From: a bacterium
Lineage (GTDB): Bacteria > Zhuqueibacterota > Zhuqueibacteria > Residuimicrobiales > Krinioviventaceae
Assembly: GCA_963674595.2 (NCBI GenBank)
Contig: CAXXFV010000003.1
Span: 326,634-390,633, forward strand
DNA length: 64,000 nucleotides
Reading direction: 5' to 3'
Shown: positions 50,757 through 59,752 of the stretch, in pieces
How positions within the stretch are numbered: the first letter of the stretch is position 1
Layout: each line of letters opens with the position of its first letter
Notes under the pieces: model-generated
Told to the model about the DNA's origin: nothing
The model's database searches: none
Seen by the model: only the letters and a program-made list of their open reading frames with translations
Made by a program: the position numbers and the translations under genes

Positions 50757-52577
50757 ATGAAAACTCGTTCCTTAATCTACTATTTATTATTAACAATCAT
50801 GCTAGCTTTAAGTGTCTCGGGATCTTTACAAGCTCAAGAAATCAGCGTGTTTGAGTTAATAGAAAATTCATCCGTTGGATTAACGATGGTTCCCTTTGAA
50901 AGGGCCGGATTATGCCTGGTAGACATTGATAATAATGGTTGGGCAGATATTTTTATACCACGTTATAAAAGTCCCGGCTATAGCAGAATTTTTATAAATC
51001 AATCAGGACATTTTACTGACATTACGGCACAATCACCGTTCCAACAAATAGAAGAACAAGAGGTAAGAACATTTACAGTCGTATGGGCTGACTATGATAA
51101 TGACGGAGACAAGGATTGCAGCTTTTCAACAGACGTGGGAATACATTTACTTCGAAATGACAACAATGTTTTTACCGAAGTATCTGAAGAAATGGGATTT
51201 GTCGGTCACAAACCACCGGGGTTTATTGTGGAATGGCATTATAATATAGGCGGCTGGGCTGATTATGATCTGGATGGAGACCTGGATTGTATTGTATATC
51301 AGCAAAACAATACAAGCTTATACCTTTTCAGAAACGATGGAGATCATTTTACCAACGTTGCATCAGAAGCAAAACTTGATTCCACAAGGCTCACAATGGA
51401 TTATGATTGGCTTAATTGGGTATCCTGGACAGATTTTGATCTGGATGGTGATCCTGACTTGTTTGGCATGTGTGAATTTTTTGAAAATCGAAATGGTGTT
51501 TTTTATGACGTAACAGATTCACTCGGTTTCGATCTTGAGTATGTCGATAACAGAGAATTTTTTGATTATGATAATGATGGTGACCTGGATTTTTTTAAAG
51601 CAACACCATCAGGAACAGAACCTGGATTTGATGAACTTTGGGAAAACCAGGACGGCCATTTTGTAAACATTAGTCCCTATGTTGGCTTAGCGTCAATGCA
51701 ATTTACCCATCGTGGCCTGACAATTGGAGATTTTGACAACGATGGCGATCAGGACATTTTTCTTGAAAACAGTAACGGCGCCCAAGCCTGTGACGTTTTC
51801 CTGCTAAATGATGAACTGGAAGGCGGCGGACGCGCCTTTGCAGACATTGCAGAATTTATCGGCTTAACCGAAATAGCAGACAGAAAAGGCTGCGGCTTTT
51901 TTGATTATGACAAAGACGGATTTCTGGACATTTACATGCCATCGGCTGAACTTTTTCATATTCTGTATCATAATGCAGCATCAAACAACACCAACTGGAT
52001 TGGATTTATTTTAGAGGGAACAGTTTCAAATCGCGACGCCATAGGAAGTATCGTACAACTTTATTATGCAGGAAAACAGCAATTAAGATTTACAAAAGCA
52101 GGAAGCGGATGGATTCGCCAGGATAATCCGTGGGTGCATTTCGGACTCGGTTTTGAAACCAATATTGATTCCGTTGTTATCCAGTGGCCGCTTGGACAAA
52201 AACAAATTTTAACGGATTTGGCGATAAACCAGTATCATAACATTAAAGAACCTGACGGAACAAAGGTCGAAAATAACAATGGTAATGGAACAAAACCATT
52301 CACATTTCAACTGGAACAAAATTATCCGAATCCATTTAATTCAAATACAAAAATAAATTACAATTTAACGGAAACATCAAACACAAGTCTTGAAATATAT
52401 GACATTAACGGAAGAAAAATTAAAACATTGGTAAACCAAACCCAAAATTCAGGTTATTATTCTGTTACCTGGGATGGGTGTGATCAGTTTGGCAACACTG
52501 TCCCCTCCGGAATATATATTTCGCGCCTGGTTTCCGGTCAGGTCATACAATCTCGAAAAATGCTTCATGTTAAATAA
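50757..52577 (+). CDS. Secreted FG-GAP repeat/ASPIC-UnbV (CRTAC1-like) protein with FlgD-Ig/T9SS-type C-terminal domain
   Basis: Multiple D(Y/F)DNDGD.D repeats, SNRDAIGS.V...HFGLG....DSV.IQWP.G (ASPIC/UnbV), and QLEQNYPNPFN. Confidence 0.9.
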   Translation: MKTRSLIYYLLLTIMLALSVSGSLQAQEISVFELIENSSVGLTMVPFERAGLCLVDIDNNGWADIFIPRYKSPGYSRIFINQSGHFTDITAQSPFQQIEEQEVRTFTVVWADYDNDGDKDCSFSTDVGIHLLRNDNNVFTEVSEEMGFVGHKPPGFIVEWHYNIGGWADYDLDGDLDCIVYQQNNTSLYLFRNDGDHFTNVASEAKLDSTRLTMDYDWLNWVSWTDFDLDGDPDLFGMCEFFENRNGVFYDVTDSLGFDLEYVDNREFFDYDNDGDLDFFKATPSGTEPGFDELWENQDGHFVNISPYVGLASMQFTHRGLTIGDFDNDGDQDIFLENSNGAQACDVFLLNDELEGGGRAFADIAEFIGLTEIADRKGCGFFDYDKDGFLDIYMPSAELFHILYHNAASNNTNWIGFILEGTVSNRDAIGSIVQLYYAGKQQLRFTKAGSGWIRQDNPWVHFGLGFETNIDSVVIQWPLGQKQILTDLAINQYHNIKEPDGTKVENNNGNGTKPFTFQLEQNYPNPFNSNTKINYNLTETSNTSLEIYDINGRKIKTLVNQTQNSGYYSVTWDGCDQFGNTVPSGIYISRLVSGQVIQSRKMLHVK

Positions 52578-52588
52578 ATGGCTAAATA

Positions 52589-53722
52589 ATGGACAAAAAA
52601 ACAAATTTAATATTAAAACAGTCTCTTTATATCATTTTACTTTTATTACAAACACTCTATGCAAATGACAAACTGCCGCACGTAAAAATTCTTTCTGTTG
52701 AAAGGATTTTTAACAATGGTGAACATAACGCTTTCACTGATTTATGTTTTTTTAAAGGTAATTATTACCTGACCTTTAGAAGTTGTCCCGATGGGCACAT
52801 GGTTTTTCCCAGTTCATCGATTATTATTTTGTCCAGCAGTGATGGCAAAGACTGGCGGCAGGTGCACCGTTTTAATGTTGCGAACAGAGACACCCGCGAT
52901 CCGCATTTTCTTGTATTTAAAAAAAAGCTGTTTGTTTATACAGGCACCTGGTATTGCGAAAGTGACCACCCGGACGAAGAGCAACGCGACCTGAATCAAC
53001 ACCTGGGTTATTGTGTATGGTCTGATGATGGTTTGAAATGGAATGGTCCTGAAATGCTGGAAGGGACCTATGGACAATATGTATGGCGAGCGGCTACATA
53101 TAAAAATAAAGTATATCTGTGCGCCAGAAGAAAACATCAATTTGCGGTGATGCCAGGTTATGAGGATAGCCACCTCATTACAGAAGCAGCCATGTTATCC
53201 AGCACAGACGGGATAAACTTTACCAAGGCAGCCATGTTCCAAACAGAAGACGGTGATGAAACAGCTTTTCTGTTTGAAAAAAATAGTGAACTGGTTGCCC
53301 TGACACGCCGGGGAACAAGTAATGCTGAAATATGCAGGTCCATGCCGCCCTATAAAGAATGGAAAAGAAAGGATTTGGGACAATATCTCAGCGGCCCCCT
53401 GTTGGTAAAATGGCTTGATCAATATTTTATAGGTGGTAAAGAATTTATTAAAGAAGACTCAACACAAACAGCCTTTTACTGGCTTGATAATGATTCACTT
53501 GTCAAAGCGGTTGAACTGCCAAGTGGCGGCGACAATTCCTACCCGGGATTTGTCAGACTTTCGGAAAACCATGTGATGGTTTCCTATTACTCGTCACATG
53601 AAAAAGACGAGCAGGGAAATACAATAACAGCCATATATCTGGCCCATCTTTATGCGGAAAAAGATAATTACCTTAAATCATGGATTGATAAAATAAAAAA
53701 AAACTTTACACAGAAACATTAG
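52589..53722 (+). CDS. Exported beta-propeller protein, sialidase/BNR-like
   Basis: HNAFTDL..FKG..YLTFR, Asp-box SSSDGKDW, DTRDPH, WSDDGLKW, SSTDGINF and LPSGGDNSYPG. Confidence 0.75.
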   Translation: MDKKTNLILKQSLYIILLLLQTLYANDKLPHVKILSVERIFNNGEHNAFTDLCFFKGNYYLTFRSCPDGHMVFPSSSIIILSSSDGKDWRQVHRFNVANRDTRDPHFLVFKKKLFVYTGTWYCESDHPDEEQRDLNQHLGYCVWSDDGLKWNGPEMLEGTYGQYVWRAATYKNKVYLCARRKHQFAVMPGYEDSHLITEAAMLSSTDGINFTKAAMFQTEDGDETAFLFEKNSELVALTRRGTSNAEICRSMPPYKEWKRKDLGQYLSGPLLVKWLDQYFIGGKEFIKEDSTQTAFYWLDNDSLVKAVELPSGGDNSYPGFVRLSENHVMVSYYSSHEKDEQGNTITAIYLAHLYAEKDNYLKSWIDKIKKNFTQKH

Positions 53723-53740
53723 AAATAAACGGAGAATAAA

Positions 53741-54985
53741 ATGACAAATGCGCAAAAATCAATTCACAGTGGTGATGCTTCAGGAAGGGGCAGCAAAAAA
53801 GGATTCAACGTTCAGTTCCCGGCCCGGATGCATCCATTTACGGAAGAAGAATGTAACGCTGTAATTGATGTGATGAAAAACTCCGAGTGCCAAACTCAGG
53901 GACAATATTTAAAGCTTTTCGAATCTGAATTTAAAGCCTATACACAGGCAAATCACTGCTTTGCTGTAGATAATTGTACAAATGCCCTGCATTTAGCCGC
54001 AAGATTATGTCGATTGACAAAGGATGATGAGATCATTATTCCGGCTTATACTTTTTGTGCTTCGGCGATTCCATTTGGAGCAACAGGCGCGAAAATCGTT
54101 TGGGCAGATATTGATTCCAAAACATGGGTTGCAAATCCGGCTGATATTGAACGTAAAATAACGGACCGGACCAAAGCAATCGTTGTTGTTCATTTATTAG
54201 GAATGCCGGTAAATATGGCGGCCATATTAGAAATTGCTCAAAAATACAACCTGAGAGTTGTAGAAGATTGTGCACAGGCGCCGGGTGCAACAATAAACGG
54301 CAAACATGTCGGCACTTTTGGCGATTTTGGATGTTTTAGTTTTCACGGAGCAAAAAACTTCACAACCCTGGGTGAAGGTGGTATGTTGACAGTTCAAAAA
54401 GACCATGATGCGGAACTTGTTCCCGGGCTGCGTCATAATGGTGTCCGGGCTTTTACAGGTGAAAGAGAACATTACTGGATACCTGCCATGTCTAACGTCG
54501 ATATCGATCTGGAACAAACATGGCCGAATAATTTTTGTATTGGTGAAGCACAATGTGCTTTTGGGGCCCAGGCTATAAAAAACCTGGATAACATCAACAA
54601 CACGCTTATAAATCAGGCCAAAAAGTTAAGAAACGCTCTTTCTGATATAGATGAAATATCCTTTATAAATATTCCTGATGGTTATAAAAACATTTTCCAT
54701 CAATTTGTTTTACATTTTGACGGTTCCTCATTTGATAAAAACAGAAATGACCTGTTGAAAATACTGGTTTATGAATATAAAATTCAATGTATTGTTCAAT
54801 ATTATCCGCTTTATCGTTATCCCCTGTTTCAAAAAATGGGATTTGGTGATCACGACTGCCCGGTTTTAGATAAATGGTGGGACAATTCTTTCAGTCTTCC
54901 CTGGTGGTGTGGTGTTCCGGAGGATAAACTGGAATATATGGCGAATTCTGTTAGAAAAGCAATTTTTCAACTAAAAAGCATGTAA
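53741..54985 (+). CDS. DegT/DnrJ/EryC1/StrS family PLP aminotransferase
   Basis: NCTNALHLA, PAYTFCAS, VVHLLG, VVEDCAQA.G and FSFHGAKNFTTLGEGG (PLP lysine). Confidence 0.92.
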   Translation: MTNAQKSIHSGDASGRGSKKGFNVQFPARMHPFTEEECNAVIDVMKNSECQTQGQYLKLFESEFKAYTQANHCFAVDNCTNALHLAARLCRLTKDDEIIIPAYTFCASAIPFGATGAKIVWADIDSKTWVANPADIERKITDRTKAIVVVHLLGMPVNMAAILEIAQKYNLRVVEDCAQAPGATINGKHVGTFGDFGCFSFHGAKNFTTLGEGGMLTVQKDHDAELVPGLRHNGVRAFTGEREHYWIPAMSNVDIDLEQTWPNNFCIGEAQCAFGAQAIKNLDNINNTLINQAKKLRNALSDIDEISFINIPDGYKNIFHQFVLHFDGSSFDKNRNDLLKILVYEYKIQCIVQYYPLYRYPLFQKMGFGDHDCPVLDKWWDNSFSLPWWCGVPEDKLEYMANSVRKAIFQLKSM

Positions 54986-55010
54986 AACTTTTAATACTAA
55001 AGGAACAAAA

Positions 55011-55916
55011 GTGATAAAACGGAAAATAGACAACACGGAATTAGAGGTATCGCCTATTTGCCTGGGAACAATGACCTTTGGCACCCCGGTTTCTGAAAAA
55101 GAGTCCATAGAACTCGTAGCATGGGCAATTGACAATGAAATTAATTTTATCGATACGGCTAATATGTATGAGGGATACGCCAGGACACTTGGTTCTGCCG
55201 GAGGTGTAGCAGAAAAAATTCTGGGCAAAGCCTTGAAAACATCCCGAAATAAAGTTATATTGGCAACCAAGCTTGGTATGCAGGTTGGAGATCAGGCAGA
55301 AGACAATGGCACCAGTCCGCAAGCCATCGACAAACAACTGGACAAAAGTCTCCAACTGCTTCAAACGGATTATATTGATCTATATTATTTGCACCGACCC
55401 GATCCGGATGCGGAACTTTTATCTACTTTGCAAAAACTGGATGAAAAAATTAAAGCAGGAAAAATCAGGCACTATGGCATTAGCAACTATTCCAAAGATC
55501 AGACCGCTGAATTGCTTTCCATAGCGGATAAAAACAATTTACCACGTCCGGTAATTATTCAGCCGCATAAAAGTTTGCTTCACAAAGACGACGAATTGAT
55601 TGAATTATGTCAAAAAGAAAACATTGCTGTGGCTCCATACCGTGTGTTGGAAGGAGGATTGCTGACGGGTAAATATGAACGAACAAAAGCCGCAGCGGCA
55701 AATTCCCGTGCATACGAAAAACCGGAATGGTTACCAAAATTTGATGATAATCTGTTTAATCAGCTTGAGCAGATAAAAGCTGACGCAGACAAACTTGGAT
55801 TATCCATGACAAGTTATGCTTTTCAATGGACATTACAACAACCCAAAGTCGTATCATTGGTACTGGGTGTAAAAACCAGAGACCAGTTGAAACAGGCAAT
55901 AAACGCTGTTTCATAA
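55011..55916 (+). CDS. Aldo/keto reductase
   Basis: ICLGTMTFG, FIDTANMY, ATK, LQTDYIDLYYLHRPD, GKIRHYGISN and GGLLTGKY. Confidence 0.93.
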   Translation: MIKRKIDNTELEVSPICLGTMTFGTPVSEKESIELVAWAIDNEINFIDTANMYEGYARTLGSAGGVAEKILGKALKTSRNKVILATKLGMQVGDQAEDNGTSPQAIDKQLDKSLQLLQTDYIDLYYLHRPDPDAELLSTLQKLDEKIKAGKIRHYGISNYSKDQTAELLSIADKNNLPRPVIIQPHKSLLHKDDELIELCQKENIAVAPYRVLEGGLLTGKYERTKAAAANSRAYEKPEWLPKFDDNLFNQLEQIKADADKLGLSMTSYAFQWTLQQPKVVSLVLGVKTRDQLKQAINAVS

Positions 55917-56085
55917 TAATTTTTTCAATTCTGAATGTTACTCTGTTTTTGTCTTTTAAAAATTTTCTCATAACCGGAGATTTAACACTTGATAAAAATG
56001 AGCGAATCTATATACTATTCCCTGCATTTTATCATCTCTGGCGAATGATCTTTTAGACAAAAACAAAATTTTGGAGAATTTTACA

Positions 56086-57579
56086 ATGTCGGAAGTTCGA
56101 ACACTGGGCATGTTGGATTGGTGCGTAATGATCTTTTACGGGCTGGGTATGTTGGCTGTGGGATGGTATTTTTCAAAGAAAAATAAAAGCACCGAAGATT
56201 ATATGCTGGGTGGACGAAAAATGAATTCCTGGGCTGTGGGTATCTCTTTGTTTGCAACGTTATTTAGCGCACTCAGTTACCTATTACAGCCCGGGGAAAT
56301 GATTAAATATGGTCCCATGTTTTGGAACTATTTATTTGCCTTTCCCTTTGTTTACATTATTGTCGGCTGGTTCCTTATACCGGCAATTATGAAACTCCAA
56401 ATTTCAAGCGCCTATGAACTTTTGCAGTTACGATTTGGAACAAGTGTAAGAATTCTGGGTTCTGTTTTATTTCTGTTATTACGTTTCATTTGGATGTCAT
56501 TAATTATTTTTATGGTGGCCCAAAAAGTCATTGTGCCTATTATGGGTTGGACTGAAAATGCGGCATTGTGGGTCAGTCTTGTTATCGGAATGATTACGGT
56601 TATTTATACATCAATTGGCGGTCTTCGTGGCGTTGTATTAACAGATGTTGTGCAGACTGTTATCTTGTTTTTTGCCACCATTTTTTCTATAGTTTTAATT
56701 TTACAGCACCTCGACAGTGCAACGGCATGGATACCAAAACAGTGGCCGGAACATTGGACAAGCTGGACGTTTTTTGATCCTAAAGAACGTATTAGTTTTT
56801 TAACCATTATTATTTCCACATTTTGCTGGTATGTTTTTACAGCAGGATCAGATCAAATGGCGGTTCAACGCTATTTAGCGACTAAAGACATCAAATCAGC
56901 TCGCAAGTCCTATTTAACATCACTATTCGCCGATATGTTTGTATTTTTAGCCCTTGCTCTGCTGGGACTGTGCCTGTATGCCTACATTCAGGCGAACCCG
57001 CAATTTCTTTTGGGTAAATCCCTGGCTGAAGAAGCAGATCACATTTTTCCCCGATTTATTGCATCCGTATTGCCCTCTGGAATTTCAGGACTGGTTATTT
57101 CAGGACTTTTAGCCGCTGCCATGTCCAGTCTTTCTTCCGGGATAAATTCAGCCAGTCTGGTTATTACTAAAGATTTTATACCGTTGTTTCAAAAAAAGAA
57201 AATCACAAAAACAAACGAAATGGCACTGGCAAAAATCGTTTCATTTTGCATTGGTATCATCGTTGTTTTACTGAGTATGATTGTCGGTAACGTCAAAGGT
57301 AATCTGCTGGAAGTTACCTATAAAACTGTAAATTTATTTACGGCCCCGCTGTTTGTTCCCTTTTTCCTGGCGATTTTTGTACGACGCGCAACGACATCAA
57401 GTGCGATAATCGGCACAATCGTCAGCATCATCACGGCAACCTGCATCAGCTTTTCTTATGAATTATTTCATATAGAAATTTCATTTGTCTGGATGATGCC
57501 GGGAGCCTTTTTCGTCGGGATCGTTACCAGCATGATCATTAGTTATCTGATCCCAAAGCACAGTAAAAATACAATTTAA
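56086..57579 (+). CDS. Sodium:solute symporter (SSS, SiaT/YidK-like)
   Basis: EDYMLGGR, SLFAT..SALSY, SAYELL..RFG, GGLRGVVLTDVVQ, DQMAVQRYL and AAAMSSLSSGINS. Confidence 0.93.
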   Translation: MSEVRTLGMLDWCVMIFYGLGMLAVGWYFSKKNKSTEDYMLGGRKMNSWAVGISLFATLFSALSYLLQPGEMIKYGPMFWNYLFAFPFVYIIVGWFLIPAIMKLQISSAYELLQLRFGTSVRILGSVLFLLLRFIWMSLIIFMVAQKVIVPIMGWTENAALWVSLVIGMITVIYTSIGGLRGVVLTDVVQTVILFFATIFSIVLILQHLDSATAWIPKQWPEHWTSWTFFDPKERISFLTIIISTFCWYVFTAGSDQMAVQRYLATKDIKSARKSYLTSLFADMFVFLALALLGLCLYAYIQANPQFLLGKSLAEEADHIFPRFIASVLPSGISGLVISGLLAAAMSSLSSGINSASLVITKDFIPLFQKKKITKTNEMALAKIVSFCIGIIVVLLSMIVGNVKGNLLEVTYKTVNLFTAPLFVPFFLAIFVRRATTSSAIIGTIVSIITATCISFSYELFHIEISFVWMMPGAFFVGIVTSMIISYLIPKHSKNTI

Positions 57580-57595
57580 CGGATTTAAAAAATAA

Positions 57596-57778
57596 TCAAA
57601 GATTATTTTTTCTCTTTTGCACGAGAGCAAAACCGGCAAGAACAAGAAATATAATTAAAAATATACCGGCCGTCAGTAACAGATCAGCATTATGACCCTT
57701 TACAAAATTATAAATTTGTAATACAACAAACAAAACAATGATTATCAGCCAGAGAAGGTGTTTTTTGTTTTTTAGCAT
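57596..57778 (-). CDS. Small 2-TM membrane protein
   Basis: 60 aa, two hydrophobic helices with basic flanks, AGGT upstream, co-oriented with 57803..58654. Confidence 0.6.
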   Translation of the reverse strand: MLKNKKHLLWLIIIVLFVVLQIYNFVKGHNADLLLTAGIFLIIFLVLAGFALVQKRKNNL

Positions 57779-57802
57779 GTTTTTGTTACCTGTATTTGAA
57801 AT

Positions 57803-58654
57803 TTAAAAAATCAATTCTTTTCGCTCTTGTTTACCAACACCCTCAATTTCCATTTTATGGGGATATACTTTTATCACAGCATAAGCATTTTTGACCGGCG
57901 CTTCCACCATCCCTTTGAATGTTACGTGATGAATATTGTCTTCAAATGCATAACCGCCCGCATGATCATGTCCGGCAAAATAAGCGACAACACATTTCGA
58001 TTCATGAATCAAATCAAGAACAGGTTGTGGTTCCTTCATCCGGTGATGTGCGGCTGCACTTTCCAACACGGCAAAATGATTCAAGATAATGACCTTTTCT
58101 CCGTTGTTTTTTGCCTCGCTTAGCTTTTGTTTTAACCACTCTAGCTGTTTTACACCTAACACACCGTATCCGTTATCATTGCCATCCAAAACAATAAACC
58201 GCCAGCCCTTGGCGGCCGGTACTGTAAAATCATAATAAAAACTTTCAAGTCCCAGTTTCTGAACAAGGGCGTCTTTCCCGGCATTCATGCAGTGGTTCCC
58301 AATAACATGGTAAACAGGCATGGTCAGTTTTTTAAACGCCTCAAACACAGTATCCAAATCCGACAATGTCTTTTCCGGCGTCGTATTGCCGTTAATTATA
58401 TCCCCTAGCTGTATTGTAAAAGCCAAGTCCTGAGTGTTAAAATCGGTTACACACTCTTTTAACTTTTCCAGAGATTCCCGATAATGTCTTTTTCCGGTTG
58501 TTTCCATATCGCCGTACTGAACGTCTGCCATAACTCCAAAGGCAAAAAGTTCTTTATCAGAGACTTTTTCATTAAGGAAAATATTTTTAGCTAAAATTAA
58601 AGCAGCAACAATAAAAATTCCGGATAAAAGTAAATATACAATTCTTTTGTTCAC
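57803..58654 (-). CDS. Exported metallophosphoesterase (Mn-dependent ADP-ribose/CDP-alcohol diphosphatase-like)
   Basis: ADVQY.D, QLGDIING, GNHC, NHF and AGHDHAGGY motifs. Confidence 0.85.
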   Translation of the reverse strand: MNKRIVYLLLSGIFIVAALILAKNIFLNEKVSDKELFAFGVMADVQYGDMETTGKRHYRESLEKLKECVTDFNTQDLAFTIQLGDIINGNTTPEKTLSDLDTVFEAFKKLTMPVYHVIGNHCMNAGKDALVQKLGLESFYYDFTVPAAKGWRFIVLDGNDNGYGVLGVKQLEWLKQKLSEAKNNGEKVIILNHFAVLESAAAHHRMKEPQPVLDLIHESKCVVAYFAGHDHAGGYAFEDNIHHVTFKGMVEAPVKNAYAVIKVYPHKMEIEGVGKQERKELIF

Positions 58655-58702
58655 ATTAATTCCTTTCTTCTATATTCCGGTTTATTTATTCATACACTCT
58701 GG

Positions 58703-58868
58703 ATTTTTTGTGGTTTTCTTTTTACCACAATGTTCACAAAGAAGACACAATGTACACAGTGTGGTTTTCTATCATACTTTTCTGGTTTTTATTTTATGAT
58801 ATTAAGCTAAAGAAATTACATTCCTCATTGTGGCCTTTGTGCAAACTTGGTGTACTTTGTGGTTTTCT
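58703..58868. repeat. Repeat copy 1 (about 165 bp) with internal imperfect inverted arms made of CACAA(A/T)G units
   Basis: 58703-58810 matches 59563-59670 (108 bp, 2 mismatches). Arms ACCACAATGTTCACAAAG... and ...CTTTGTGCAAACTTGGTGTACTTTGTGGT. Confidence 0.9.
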
Positions 58869-58974
58869 ATAATATTATCTTATTTTTTTAAAGCAGAAAA
58901 AAATTAATCCTTTTTATGATCTGTGCAAACTTTTTTTTTAACCACGTTACATACAATAAACAAAAATCACAATA

Positions 58975-59078
58975 TTTTTTTCTATAATAATTTTCTGGTT
59001 TTTATTTTATGATAAAAGCTAAAGAAATTACATTCCTCTTTGTGAACTTTGTGCAACCTTGGTGTTCTTTGTGGTTTT
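58975..59078. repeat. Repeat copy 2 (partial, right portion)
   Basis: TTTTCTGGTTTTTATTTTATGATA.AAGCTAAAGAAATTACATTCCTC.TTGTG..CTTTGTGCAA.CTTGGTGT.CTTTGTGGTTTT is shared with copy 1. Confidence 0.85.
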
Positions 59079-59136
59079 TCATCAACCAGGGTGAATACAA
59101 AAAAGTCCAATTTCACTATATTTTTAAGGTTTAAAA

Positions 59137-59517
59137 TTACAAATTTCCATTTATTATTCTTTTAATTCCGTCTTTTAATAATACAACGTTAAAATTAATC
59201 AATAGTCCTAGCTTATAGTTTCCTAATTTCATATACGTAAGTGTCTGGGCCAAATGTATATTGTTCAATGCTTCGACACTTTTTATTTCAATGACAACTT
59301 TATTTTCCACCAAAATATCAATCCTATATCCACATTCCAGTTCGACTTTTTCAAAAGACACCGGCATCGGTTTTTCTTTTTGAACCGACAGGCCCTCTTT
59401 TTGAAGTTTATAAAAAAGACATTGCTGATACGCAGATTCTAAAAGACCAGGTCCTAATGCTTTGTGTACTTCCAGTGCGTAGCCAACGATCTTGTGTGCA
59501 ATTTCATTTTCTGTCAA
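59137..59517 (-). CDS. GxxExxY protein (PD-(D/E)XK nuclease-like family)
   Basis: VHKALGPGLLESAY, YRIDILVENKVVIEIKSV, HLAQTLTY and GLLINFN. TTG start after AAGGA. Confidence 0.95.
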   Translation of the reverse strand: MTENEIAHKIVGYALEVHKALGPGLLESAYQQCLFYKLQKEGLSVQKEKPMPVSFEKVELECGYRIDILVENKVVIEIKSVEALNNIHLAQTLTYMKLGNYKLGLLINFNVVLLKDGIKRIINGNL

Positions 59518-59562
59518 AGCATTTCCTTTATTTTACTACAATGAGGCTACAGTATATATTAT

Positions 59563-59716
59563 ATTTTTTGTGGTTTTCTTTTTACCACAATGTTCACAAA
59601 GAAGACACAATGTACATAATGTGGTTTTCTATCATACTTTTCTGGTTTTTATTTTATGATATTAAGCTAACAAAATATCATTCCTCTTTGTGACCTTGGT
59701 GGTCTTTGTGGTTTCT
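59563..59716. repeat. Repeat copy 3 (lacks about one internal unit relative to copy 1)
   Basis: Direct repeat of 58703-58868 at an offset of 860 bp. Confidence 0.9.
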
Positions 59717-59752
59717 TTTAACAACCAGTCGTTTTTGTAAAACATCCAATTC

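Noticed and set aside
58703-59716. CRISPR array or IS element
   Set aside because: The units are over 100 bp, irregularly spaced and lack unique constant-length spacers. No cas or transposase gene is present, and I could not identify a target-site duplication.
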